Shown: positions 43,990-52,541 of the stretch, piece by piece
Position numbering within the stretch: position 1 is the stretch's first letter
Layout: each line of letters starts with the position of its first letter
Source: a candidate division FCPU426 bacterium
Lineage (GTDB): Bacteria; Oederibacteriota; JAAXVQ01; JAUVAV01
DNA: 64,000 bases
Direction of reading: 5' to 3'
Assembly: GCA_040756875.1 (NCBI GenBank)
Contig: JBFLYH010000001.1
Coordinates: 864,001 to 928,000, forward strand
The notes under the pieces: model-generated
What the model was told of the DNA's origin: nothing
Database searches by the model: none
Seen by the model: only the letters and a program-made list of their open reading frames with translations
Program-made: the position numbers and the translations under genes

Positions 43990-45297
43990 ATGAACGACCT
44001 TCTGCACCCGCATGCCAAGCGCAATACCGAAAGCCTCATCCAGCACATACAATCCACGCGCAAGGAACGCACCATTCTGTTCACGGACATCGAACATTCG
44101 ACCCGTTTCTGGTCCCACCACGGCGACATCAAAGGCCGCCTGATGGTGGACCGGCACAACTGGCTGCTCTTCCCTATCATCAAGCACTTCGGCGGCTGGG
44201 TCGTCAAAACCATCGGCGATTCCATCATGGCGGCATTTAAAGATCCCGACCAGGCCATGCAGGCCGCCATTGCCTTCCAGCAGATGCTGGAACGCGAACG
44301 CCGGGCCAATCCCGATTTCACCATCCAAATACGCATCGGCCTGCACAGCGGCGCCACCCTGGTCGAGCACAACGATGTATTCGGCGACGTGGTGAACATT
44401 GCGGCCCGCGTGGAAAGCCAGGCCGAGGGCGGGGAGATCCTGCTGTCCGCCGAAACCCGCAAGCACCTCGACCGGAAAAAATACGCCCTGGAAGACCGGG
44501 GCGAATTCATGCCCAAGGGCAAAACCAAAGCCTTGCAAGTGTACCTGTGCCGCTGGCAGGAGGCGCCGGACCTGCTGGCGCCCATCCACGTTTCCACCCG
44601 GCTCCCGCTGGTTCCCCGCCAGCGCTTCGAAATTCTGCTCTATGCCGTCTCCAGCCTGGCCTTGGCCGTCTTCCTGGTTTGGCGCTATTTGCGCTTTCTT
44701 TTGAGCGAAAACGAAACCATCTCCCTGATGTTGCTCAACCCCGGAACTTTTTGGTGGGAATATCCGCTGCTGGTTTTGCTCGGCTTGAGCCTGGCAGCAG
44801 GCGTTTATTATGCGGCCTTTCGTTTGAAAAAATTCCCGCATACCCTGTTGAGAAGCCTGAAAGGCGGTTTCGGTTTTTTGGCGGCGTTTCTGTTGGGACT
44901 GGGACTCTTCAGCCTGATGCCGGGAGCGCCGGGCCACTACCTCCGGACCCCTCTGGCCGCATCCAAGCATTTGTTCGTCAAAGCCCTGCTGCCGGATACG
45001 CCCGTGTATCGCGTCCCGGCCATCGGCGGCGAGATCATCAAGCATTACCAGCCCGGCCAGCTGCTCCTGCTCGCGGACGTGAAAACCAACGGGCCTGTCA
45101 CCTGGAACAAAGTGCTGATCGGCCCCGGCCGCTACGGCTGGACGCCCCGGGTGATGCCGCCGGACATCGGCGTCCCGGCCAAGCGGGTGACCCTCACGGA
45201 TAAATTCACCTTCCGCATCCGCGACATTTATTCCCTGGTCCTGGGCTTGGGCGGTTTTGTTTGGGGTTTCCTCACCTTCCGCCTGCGCCCGGCGTGA
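43990..45297 (+). CDS. Class III adenylate/guanylate cyclase with C-terminal TM segments and an SH3b-like domain
   Basis: ILFTDIEHST, VVKTIGDSIMA, RIGLHSG, DVFGDVVNIAARVE; Lys/Asp specificity residues favour ATP. Confidence 0.85.
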   Translation: MNDLLHPHAKRNTESLIQHIQSTRKERTILFTDIEHSTRFWSHHGDIKGRLMVDRHNWLLFPIIKHFGGWVVKTIGDSIMAAFKDPDQAMQAAIAFQQMLERERRANPDFTIQIRIGLHSGATLVEHNDVFGDVVNIAARVESQAEGGEILLSAETRKHLDRKKYALEDRGEFMPKGKTKALQVYLCRWQEAPDLLAPIHVSTRLPLVPRQRFEILLYAVSSLALAVFLVWRYLRFLLSENETISLMLLNPGTFWWEYPLLVLLGLSLAAGVYYAAFRLKKFPHTLLRSLKGGFGFLAAFLLGLGLFSLMPGAPGHYLRTPLAASKHLFVKALLPDTPVYRVPAIGGEIIKHYQPGQLLLLADVKTNGPVTWNKVLIGPGRYGWTPRVMPPDIGVPAKRVTLTDKFTFRIRDIYSLVLGLGGFVWGFLTFRLRPA

Positions 45298-45968
45298 TCT
45301 TCGCAATACAGCCAGCATAAGCTGACCACCCAGTCCGCGCTGCCGAACCACTTGCCCTGAAATCTTCTCCCCCGGGGGAAATCCCGGCCCAGGTCCTCGT
45401 TCAGGACGAACTCAAAATGATCCGCAGTCACGGGCGGGAGCAGGGACAGGGCCGGGAAGGAAAACCGCCTGCCCACGAGCGGAGACAGGAGTTTGAAGGC
45501 GCTTTCCTTCGCGCCGGCGAGGAAGAGCGGGCTCACGCGGCCGGGCGCCGAAAAAAAGTGCAGCCAGGCGAGTTCGTCCTCATTGGCGATCAGGGCCAGG
45601 CTGCCGGGGCTCAGACGCCGGGCGCGGCTTTCCAGGTCAATGCCCAGGGAACGATAACGCCGCGTGCCTGCGGCCACAGCGCACGCCGCTTGGGCGGCAT
45701 GGGCGATGCTTCCGCAAGTGCCCGCGGGCCAGGCCGGCGCGCCGGTCGCCCTGCTGGGCAGGGGCCGGGGCGCGATCCCCAGCGCGGACAAGGCGCGACG
45801 GGCGCACCAACGGCCGGTTGCGTACTCGCGGACCCGGGCCGGAACCGCCGCGGAGACAGCCGCCCGCTCTTCGGGCCGCAGCACCGCCGAAGTCTTAGGA
45901 GCGGGCGTGCCGCAGAAGTGTAGGCCGAGGGGCGCGAGAGTCCGCCTGAGACGCGAGAAGAAGTCCAT
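45228..45968 (-). CDS. 4'-phosphopantetheinyl transferase (EntD/Sfp-type)
   Basis: REYATGRWCAR, PAWP..GSIAH, LGIDLE, AKESAFK. Confidence 0.88.
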   Translation of the reverse strand: MDFFSRLRRTLAPLGLHFCGTPAPKTSAVLRPEERAAVSAAVPARVREYATGRWCARRALSALGIAPRPLPSRATGAPAWPAGTCGSIAHAAQAACAVAAGTRRYRSLGIDLESRARRLSPGSLALIANEDELAWLHFFSAPGRVSPLFLAGAKESAFKLLSPLVGRRFSFPALSLLPPVTADHFEFVLNEDLGRDFPRGRRFQGKWFGSADWVVSLCWLYCEDHAGRRRKVRKPQTKPPKPRTRE

Positions 45969-45977
45969 GCCTGCCGC

Positions 45978-46505
45978 CTACTCCAGAAAACACACTTCGC
46001 ACAGGGCGGCCGCGCAGATCCGGCCCGCGTAAATCACCTGCCCCTGCACGCTGGCCAGGTAAGGGTCCTGGGCGAGTTTCTTGACCACGACCATGACTTC
46101 CTGTCCGGGAAGCACGGACTCCAGGAAATGCGCGCCTAAAATTTTGGTGGCCCGGACCTTGAGGGGTCGGGGCTCGGCCGCGATCTCACGGCTTTGCCTC
46201 TCCAGGAAAGAATAGAGGCACAATCCCGCCTGACCGATCATTTCCACCTGCAGGGCGCCGGGATAGACCGGCAAGCCGGGGAAATGGCCCCGCAGGACCG
46301 GATCCCCGGGGTCAATGCGGCGGGAAGCGGCCAACACGGCCTGGTCCAGGTCCAACCCGATCAAGCGGTCGAGCAGAAGAAAGGGTTCGCGGTGCGGCAG
46401 GATGCGGCGGATGGCGGCCTGGTCGCAAGACCAGCCCTGGGTCAGCAGGTCCGGCGGGGCCAGGGGCTTCTTGCGCAGGGACTTGAGGATCGTCTCGGAG
46501 TCCAC
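45978..46505 (-). CDS. FabZ-like 3-hydroxyacyl-ACP dehydratase
   Basis: LPHREPFLLLD and GHFPGLPVYPGALQVEMIGQ; likely start is the GTG just after the upstream stop (track ORF is over-extended). Confidence 0.88.
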   Translation of the reverse strand: MDSETILKSLRKKPLAPPDLLTQGWSCDQAAIRRILPHREPFLLLDRLIGLDLDQAVLAASRRIDPGDPVLRGHFPGLPVYPGALQVEMIGQAGLCLYSFLERQSREIAAEPRPLKVRATKILGAHFLESVLPGQEVMVVVKKLAQDPYLASVQGQVIYAGRICAAALCEVCFLE

Positions 46506-46507
46506 GT

Positions 46508-47764
46508 TCAGGTCTTCAACCCCTTGGCGATGACGTCTTCGATGATGTTGCACGCCTGGTCCATCTCTTCCCGGGTCAGCTGGGCGGAGACCGAAATGCG
46601 GAAGCGGCGGGCATGGGCGGGCACGGCCGGGAAATCCACGGGCTGCAGGAACAGGCCGCGCTTCTGGATCTCCGTGGCCATCTGGAAAAGTTTTTCGCCC
46701 GAGGACCCGATGATGATCGGGATCACCTGGGATTCGGTCTCCCCCAGGTCCAGCTTCAGGTCCAGCAGGCGGCGCTTGAGATAGGCCGTGTTCTCCCAGA
46801 GCTTCTCCCGCAGGGAGGAATCGCGGGTCGCGACTTCGAGGGCCTTCATCAGGCCGGCCACAATCGCGGGAGCGGGCGCGCAGGAGAAGTGGAAGGGCGA
46901 CGCGTAGCATTTCAGGTAGCGGATGAGCCTGGCGTTGGAGCAGATGAACCCCCCCACCCCGCCGAAGGATTTGCTCAGCGTCCCAAAGCTGACCCCGACC
47001 TTGTGCTCCAAACCGAAATGCTCGCCCACGCCGCGGCCGCTCGGGCCGAACATCAGGGTGGAATGCGCCTCGTCCAGATACAGGCCGGCCTGGTGCCGTT
47101 CGCAGGCCTCCACCACGCCCGGCAGCTTCACCAGGTCCCCGTCCATGGAGTACACACCCTCCACGGCCACCAGCTTGCGCTTGCCCTTGCTCCGCTCCAG
47201 CATCTGTTCCAGGGAGTCCAGGTCGTTGTGCGCGAAGAAGAGCATCTTGGCGCCGGCCAAGGTCCCGCCGTCCACCAGGCTCTTGTGGCATTTTTCATCG
47301 AGGATGAATACGTCGCCCTTGCGCAGGATTCCCTGGATGGCGCCCATGTTCCCGCCCAGGCCGCTGGAAAAGAGGATGCAATCTTCTTTCTGCTTGAACT
47401 CGGCCAGCTGTTTCGCGAATTGGACGTGCAGGTCAAAAGTGCCGGAGAGAAGCGGCGCGCCTGAGGCTCCCAAGCCGTACTGTTCCAGGGCCTCGCGCGC
47501 GGCCTGGATGACCTCCGGATGAGTGGACAGGCCGAGGTAGTTATACGAGGTCAGGTTGATGACCTTGCGTTTTTTATGGTCGAGGTTGCTGATGATCTCG
47601 GTGGTGCTCCGGGGCGCACGCAGCAACTGCTGCTCGAAAAAGCTCAGCCCATACCCCACCTGCGGGTCCGCCATCCAGGCATCAAAGTCCTCGGGCGGAG
47701 CCAGCACGTCCGGATTGTCCGTGTAGTGGAAATCCGCCAGGCTGTATTTTAAGGGATTGTCCAT
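46508..47764 (-). CDS. PLP-dependent alpha-oxoamine synthase (serine palmitoyltransferase / BioF / Kbl family)
   Basis: SYNYLGLSTHP, FAHND, EGVYSMDGD, DEAHS, GTLSKSFG. Confidence 0.9.
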   Translation of the reverse strand: MDNPLKYSLADFHYTDNPDVLAPPEDFDAWMADPQVGYGLSFFEQQLLRAPRSTTEIISNLDHKKRKVINLTSYNYLGLSTHPEVIQAAREALEQYGLGASGAPLLSGTFDLHVQFAKQLAEFKQKEDCILFSSGLGGNMGAIQGILRKGDVFILDEKCHKSLVDGGTLAGAKMLFFAHNDLDSLEQMLERSKGKRKLVAVEGVYSMDGDLVKLPGVVEACERHQAGLYLDEAHSTLMFGPSGRGVGEHFGLEHKVGVSFGTLSKSFGGVGGFICSNARLIRYLKCYASPFHFSCAPAPAIVAGLMKALEVATRDSSLREKLWENTAYLKRRLLDLKLDLGETESQVIPIIIGSSGEKLFQMATEIQKRGLFLQPVDFPAVPAHARRFRISVSAQLTREEMDQACNIIEDVIAKGLKT

Positions 47765-47774
47765 CCGCGGCTTC

Positions 47775-48020
47775 TTACCGGCTCTGGTTTTCCATGAATT
47801 TGTTCACCAGCTCGTCGATGGATTTGATCTCGGCCAGCTCGGACCTGGGTATTTTAATGTTCAGCTCCCGCATCGAACAGGAAACCACCTCGATGATGTC
47901 CAGGCTGTTGGCGCCAAAATCCTTCAGCGACCGCTTCGGGTCGAGGTCCGACTCCTTGAGGTCTTCCACGTTCTCCAAAATGTGCTTCTTGACGACTTCC
48001 AAAATCTGCGACCGATCCAT
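47775..48020 (-). CDS. Acyl carrier protein with GANS motif (AcpK-like beta-branching donor type)
   Basis: 81 aa, acidic, DFGANSLDIIEVV. Confidence 0.9.
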   Translation of the reverse strand: MDRSQILEVVKKHILENVEDLKESDLDPKRSLKDFGANSLDIIEVVSCSMRELNIKIPRSELAEIKSIDELVNKFMENQSR

Positions 48021-48073
48021 TCCATGCTCCTTAGTTTTTTTCGTCTCCCGGGTTCCAAAACCCGGGCGGCTTA

Positions 48074-48889
48074 TTATACAGGTTTTCCGGCTTTCCGGCT
48101 TTCATAATACCGCATCATGATGTTGTCCCGCAAGGAGACTCCGTAGTCCGCGGTGATGATTTGTCCGTTGACCGCGTCCAACAGGCCGCTGCACAGCCCC
48201 AAAACCGTCCGGCCGCACGCTTCGGGGGTCAACAGCATGTTTTCCGAAACCCCCTGGGCCCGCAGGTACTTGAAGAACTCCTCCCCGAAAATCATCTCGA
48301 AAGATTCGGTCCTTACCATGCCGAACCGGATGACGTTCACCCGGCTCCCTTCCTCGAACAAATGCGCGGACAGATACTTGGCGAAAAACTCGAGCAGGGC
48401 TTTGGAGGCCGCCACGAAGTCATAGCCCGGGTAGAAATGGTCTGGCCCGTCGCTGGAGATCCCCACCAGGTGCCGGGGATAGGCGCCGAATTTTTCTTTC
48501 AGCTTCCGGGCGTAGGCGACGAGCGGCCAGGTGCTGTATTCCAGGCTCTTGAAGAGGGTCTGCTTCTTGTACTCCTCCAGGGCCATGGTCCGCTGGGCAA
48601 AGCCCACGTTGCTGATGAAATAGTCCACGCGCGCTTCGCGCCCGGCGATCTCCGCCAGCAGGCGGTCCGTGTCCTCATCGCGGGAAACATCCGCCTCGAG
48701 CAGCACAGGTTCGGCCGCGCCCAGGCTCGCAAACTGCGCCAACACCTGTCCGGGGTCCGCAGAACCCCACTTATAGGTCAGGTAGCACTTCGCCCCGGCC
48801 TGGGCGAACTGCAGGCCCGCGGCCAGGCCGATGCCCTTGGTCCCGCCGGTAATGAGCGCCACTTTTCCAGCCAAGTCAATTTTCAGCAT
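48074..48889 (-). CDS. SDR enoyl-ACP reductase (FabL/FabI-like)
   Basis: TGGTKGIG; YDFVAASK is the YxxxxxxK pattern of enoyl reductases rather than YxxxK. Confidence 0.75.
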   Translation of the reverse strand: MLKIDLAGKVALITGGTKGIGLAAGLQFAQAGAKCYLTYKWGSADPGQVLAQFASLGAAEPVLLEADVSRDEDTDRLLAEIAGREARVDYFISNVGFAQRTMALEEYKKQTLFKSLEYSTWPLVAYARKLKEKFGAYPRHLVGISSDGPDHFYPGYDFVAASKALLEFFAKYLSAHLFEEGSRVNVIRFGMVRTESFEMIFGEEFFKYLRAQGVSENMLLTPEACGRTVLGLCSGLLDAVNGQIITADYGVSLRDNIMMRYYESRKAGKPV

Positions 48890-48896
48890 CACGGCC

Positions 48897-49646
48897 TCAC
48901 GCGGGGTAGGTTTCCTCGATCCGCTTCCGGGTCTCGGGATCGGCAAAGCACAGCCGGTGCATGCGGTCTTCCCCGGCCCGGGCTTCGGCGAGGAGGGCCT
49001 GTTTTTTCGCGCCGAGAGATTGTTTCAGTAAAAGCACAGATTGTAACCTTTTTTCGCTGATTTGCAAGGCCAGATTTTCCGCCTGGGCCATGACTTCCGC
49101 TTTAGGCAGGATGTAATTGATTTGGGTTCCCCGGCCTTCCAGTTCCCGGCCCTTGAAGCTTTTGGCCGTGTACATCATCTCGGCGGCGACATTGGGCCCC
49201 ATCAGTTCGGCCAGCAGGCGCGTGCAGCCCATGCCGGGCGTGAAGCCCAGGGACATGAAGACCGCGCCGTACCGGCTCTCCCTGGCCGCCACGACGAGGT
49301 CCGAACAGGCGGCCAGCACCAGGCCGCCGCCCACGGCGTGGCCTTCCATGGCCGCGATCACCGGGAACGGCATGCCCACCAGGCGTTCGGAGATCGCCAG
49401 GTCCTTCACGTGCACCCGCCCCTCGCACAGCGCGAGCAGGTCCTCTTTCTCCGCGCCCCCGCAGAACACGTCCGGCAGGCCGGACAGAATCAGCACTTTG
49501 GCCTTCCGGCTGCCGGCCAGCTTTTCCAGGGCGTCCAGCATGTCCCGCACGAACGCCTGGCTGAAGCGGTTCTTGGTTTCCGCGTCCAGCATCCTGAGAC
49601 GGGCAATGCCGTTCTCCGCGACTTCCGCCTGAAGCCGTTCGCTCAT
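48897..49646 (-). CDS. Enoyl-CoA hydratase-like decarboxylase ECH2 (PksI-like)
   Basis: FCGG, AMEGHAVGGG, FMSLGFTPGMG; start MSERLQ in an ATGA overlap. Confidence 0.85.
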   Translation of the reverse strand: MSERLQAEVAENGIARLRMLDAETKNRFSQAFVRDMLDALEKLAGSRKAKVLILSGLPDVFCGGAEKEDLLALCEGRVHVKDLAISERLVGMPFPVIAAMEGHAVGGGLVLAACSDLVVAARESRYGAVFMSLGFTPGMGCTRLLAELMGPNVAAEMMYTAKSFKGRELEGRGTQINYILPKAEVMAQAENLALQISEKRLQSVLLLKQSLGAKKQALLAEARAGEDRMHRLCFADPETRKRIEETYPA

Positions 49647-50467
49647 GATCCCCCCTGGGGCGCCAGCGGGTGCTTGGGCTGGTATTTGGAGAACCAGGAC
49701 GGCGTCAGGCCGTCTTCGAACGCTTGGATCGCGGCCAGGACCTCCGGGTCCTGGATCAGCTCCAGCAGCTTGGCCTGAGCCTTGGCGCTGGCCTCTTCCC
49801 GGGTCTGGCGCGCCAGCTGGCTGAAAAACCGCTTGGCCTCGGCCAGGGCCCGGGGCGAGGCCCGGAGCAGGGTCTTGACCACGGCCTTGGCGCCGGCCGC
49901 CAGCTGGGCCTGGCTGAAAACCTCGTCCACCAGGTTCACGGCCAGCGCTTCGGCGGCGTCGAGCCGCTTCGCGGTCAAGATCAAATACTTGAGGACCTGG
50001 GCCGGCACGCGCGCGCCGGCGAGGAACGGAATCACGTTGGCGGGAATGAGGCCCAGGATGACCTCGGAGAACTCGAAAGTGGCCCCTTCCGAGGCCAGCA
50101 CGATGTCGCACGCGCCTGCCAGGCCGATCCCGCCCGCCTTCACCGCGCCGTGCACCACCGCGACCACGGGTTTGGCCGAGTCCTGGATGGCGGCCAGCAG
50201 AGCCGTGTATTGCCCCACGGTTTCTTTCGCGAGGCCGGGATCAGCGGCGCCGGCCCGCACCAGGCTCAGGTCCATGCCCAGGCAGAAGGAATCGCCCTCG
50301 GCCCGCAGGACGACCACGCGCACGTCCGGGTCGGACGCGGCCCGGTTCAAGGCCGCCTGGAGCGACCCCAGACTCTCGTGGTTGAGCACGTTGCCGGCCG
50401 CGCCGTTGGTCAGCGTGACCACGGCCGCGCCGGAATCAACCTCGTACGCTGTCACGGCCACGTTCAT
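49643..50467 (-). CDS. Enoyl-CoA hydratase-like dehydratase ECH1 (PksH-like)
   Basis: FCLGMDL, VKAGGIGLAGACD, FSEVILGLIPANV. Confidence 0.85.
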   Translation of the reverse strand: MNVAVTAYEVDSGAAVVTLTNGAAGNVLNHESLGSLQAALNRAASDPDVRVVVLRAEGDSFCLGMDLSLVRAGAADPGLAKETVGQYTALLAAIQDSAKPVVAVVHGAVKAGGIGLAGACDIVLASEGATFEFSEVILGLIPANVIPFLAGARVPAQVLKYLILTAKRLDAAEALAVNLVDEVFSQAQLAAGAKAVVKTLLRASPRALAEAKRFFSQLARQTREEASAKAQAKLLELIQDPEVLAAIQAFEDGLTPSWFSKYQPKHPLAPQGGS

Positions 50468-51695
50468 CGCTCCATTCGTAAGTTCGAACGAAATCCTTCA
50501 CCCCGGCGAGCACCAGATACCGTTGGCCGGCGTAGTGCCGGCCGTACCAATCGCCCAGCAGGCCGAAGTCCGGGGTCACATCCGGCTGCTCGATCATGCT
50601 TTCCCGGATGGTTTCGATTTGTTCGTACTCGGCAAAGCTCACTTCCCTGCGGCTGTCCAGGGCCTGGTCTAAATGCGGTCCGGGCACAGCCGCTTTGGCC
50701 CCGGGGAGAATGCGGGCGCTGTAGAATTCGCCGATCGCTCCGGACCCGTAGGTGAAAAAGCCAATCCGGTCTCCGGGCGCAACCGGCGCGTCGCCGCTGA
50801 GCAGGCCGGCCAGGCCGATGAAATTGCTGGCGCCATAGGTGCTGCCCACCCGCTGGGCAAAACGCAGGGAGGGCCAAACCTTGGCCTGGAAACTTTCCTG
50901 GACCTCGGCTTTTTTCCTGGGCCGCGCCAGGTTGCACAAGGTGCGGTGCGCCTGGAAGGCCATGCCCGGGAACGGCATGTGGTAGATGTTGTATTGGAAG
51001 TGCCGGTCAAAATCCACGGCCTCGGCGAAAGACTCCCGGTAGTGCGCGTACGCCCCTTCCAGGGCGTCCATGTAGCTGTAGAGGCTGACCTCGTTGTTGC
51101 CGGATTCATGCTTCGCGGTCGGCCGGAACGTGTCATAAATGTCCGTGGTCCAGGAGCCTTTGTGCTCCAGCTCGTATTCCACGACCCTGGGGGTGTCGCT
51201 GACCAGCACCGCGGCCGCGGCCCCGCCCAGGACGAATTCGTGGTCTTTCCCGAAATGCGTCCGGCTGAAGTCCGCGGCGATCACCAGGGCTTTTTTCCCC
51301 CGGTTCAGGCCCGCGGCGATCCAATTGACCGCCGTGTCCAAAGCCGCCACGCCGCTGTAGCACGCGTGCTTGGTCTCGTAATTCCTCACGTTCGGCGGCA
51401 GGCGCAGGGCCCGGTGCAGGTTGGTGCTGATGGGCTTGCCGAAATCCACGGAGCCCTCGGTGCCCACGATCAGCAGGCCGATGGACCGGCGATCCTCCTC
51501 GGAAAGCATGGGCTCGGCCGCGTTGGCGGCCATGGTCACCGTGTCCTCATAGGGGGGGTTGAGGGAGCGGGTGCGGATCAGGTAATTGTTCACCACCTGC
51601 TCCGGGTCCTTGCCCCGGGCCCGGGCCAGCTCGGCCTGCTGCAGGCAGAGCGAGCAGCCGTAGAGATTGATCTTTTCGATGCCGACCCTTGTCAT
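50436..51695 (-). CDS. HMG-ACP synthase (HMG-CoA synthase-like, PksG/HCS type)
   Basis: EDTVTMAANAA, GTEGSVDFGK, ETKHACYSG, YHMPFPGM, FTYGSG; alternative start at 51707. Confidence 0.92.
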   Translation of the reverse strand: MTRVGIEKINLYGCSLCLQQAELARARGKDPEQVVNNYLIRTRSLNPPYEDTVTMAANAAEPMLSEEDRRSIGLLIVGTEGSVDFGKPISTNLHRALRLPPNVRNYETKHACYSGVAALDTAVNWIAAGLNRGKKALVIAADFSRTHFGKDHEFVLGGAAAAVLVSDTPRVVEYELEHKGSWTTDIYDTFRPTAKHESGNNEVSLYSYMDALEGAYAHYRESFAEAVDFDRHFQYNIYHMPFPGMAFQAHRTLCNLARPRKKAEVQESFQAKVWPSLRFAQRVGSTYGASNFIGLAGLLSGDAPVAPGDRIGFFTYGSGAIGEFYSARILPGAKAAVPGPHLDQALDSRREVSFAEYEQIETIRESMIEQPDVTPDFGLLGDWYGRHYAGQRYLVLAGVKDFVRTYEWSDERGRDSVRG

Positions 51696-51733
51696 CTTAT
51701 ACCCCATTCATAATGTATAGATATTCGCGACAT

Positions 51734-51761
51734 GTAGGGGCGTTCAATTGAACGCCCCTAC
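51734..51761. repeat. Perfect 28-bp palindrome of REP type (GTAG family)
   Basis: GTAGGGGCGTTCAATTGAACGCCCCTAC equals its own reverse complement. Confidence 0.8.
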
Positions 51762-51800
51762 GATCATGGCTCATCGAGACATCTTCGCGGCGGATCAACC

Positions 51801-52541
51801 TTACGGCGCGTAGGTCAGGCCGCCGGCCACGCGGATGACCTCGCCGTTGATGAACGCCGCTTCGTCCGAGATCAGGAAGTTCACCAGATTGGCGATGTCC
51901 TCGGGTGCGCCCACTTTTTTCTGCGGGCAATGCTGCAGCCAGAAAGCGCGCAGGCTCTCGGCCAAATTGTCCCGCGTGAGGTCCGTGGGCACATAGCCCA
52001 CGGTGACCACGTTCGCGGTCACGCCTTTGGAACCGTATTCCTTGGCCAGGGTCTGGGTCAGGCCGATCAGCCCCGCCTTGCTGGCCGCGTAATTGGCCTG
52101 CCCGCTGCAGCCGGCCTCGGCCAGGGAGGAAATATTCACGATCCGGCCCTTGCGGTTGGAGAGGAAATGCATGAGCAGGCCGCGGATCACGTAAAAGGGT
52201 CCGGTGAGGTTCGTGGCGATCACCTCGTCCCACTCCTCGTTGCTCATGAGCGCGGCGGCCTGGTTGCGAACCACAGCCGCGTTGTTCACCACCGCCCCCA
52301 CGTCCCCAAAATCCCCGAGCACGGTTTCGACGGTCTTTTCCACCTGATCCGCCTGCTTGACGTCCAGTGGGTAGGCCCGCACCACGGACCCCGGAGCGAG
52401 CGTCCGGGCCTGGGCCAGCGTCTCTTCGGCGGCCTTCGCGTTCTGCGCGTAGGTGAAGGCGCAGCCCAGGCCGGCCTTGGCCAGGCGGAGCACGATGGCC
52501 CTGCCGATTCCCCTGGACCCGCCGGTCACGAGCGCGTTCAT
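51801..52541 (-). CDS. 3-oxoacyl-ACP reductase (FabG-like)
   Basis: TGGSRGIG, VNNA, NISS, GQANYAASKAG. Confidence 0.93.
   Translation of the reverse strand: MNALVTGGSRGIGRAIVLRLAKAGLGCAFTYAQNAKAAEETLAQARTLAPGSVVRAYPLDVKQADQVEKTVETVLGDFGDVGAVVNNAAVVRNQAAALMSNEEWDEVIATNLTGPFYVIRGLLMHFLSNRKGRIVNISSLAEAGCSGQANYAASKAGLIGLTQTLAKEYGSKGVTANVVTVGYVPTDLTRDNLAESLRAFWLQHCPQKKVGAPEDIANLVNFLISDEAAFINGEVIRVAGGLTYAP

Noticed and set aside
46508-47764. Calling the oxoamine synthase bioF (biotin synthesis) or definitively spt
   Set aside because: No bioA/bioD/bioB nearby, and family motifs do not fix substrate specificity; left at family level.
50436-51695. Mevalonate-pathway HMG-CoA synthase (mvaS)
   Set aside because: No HMG-CoA reductase or mevalonate kinases nearby; the neighbours are PksH/PksI-like enzymes and a GANS ACP.
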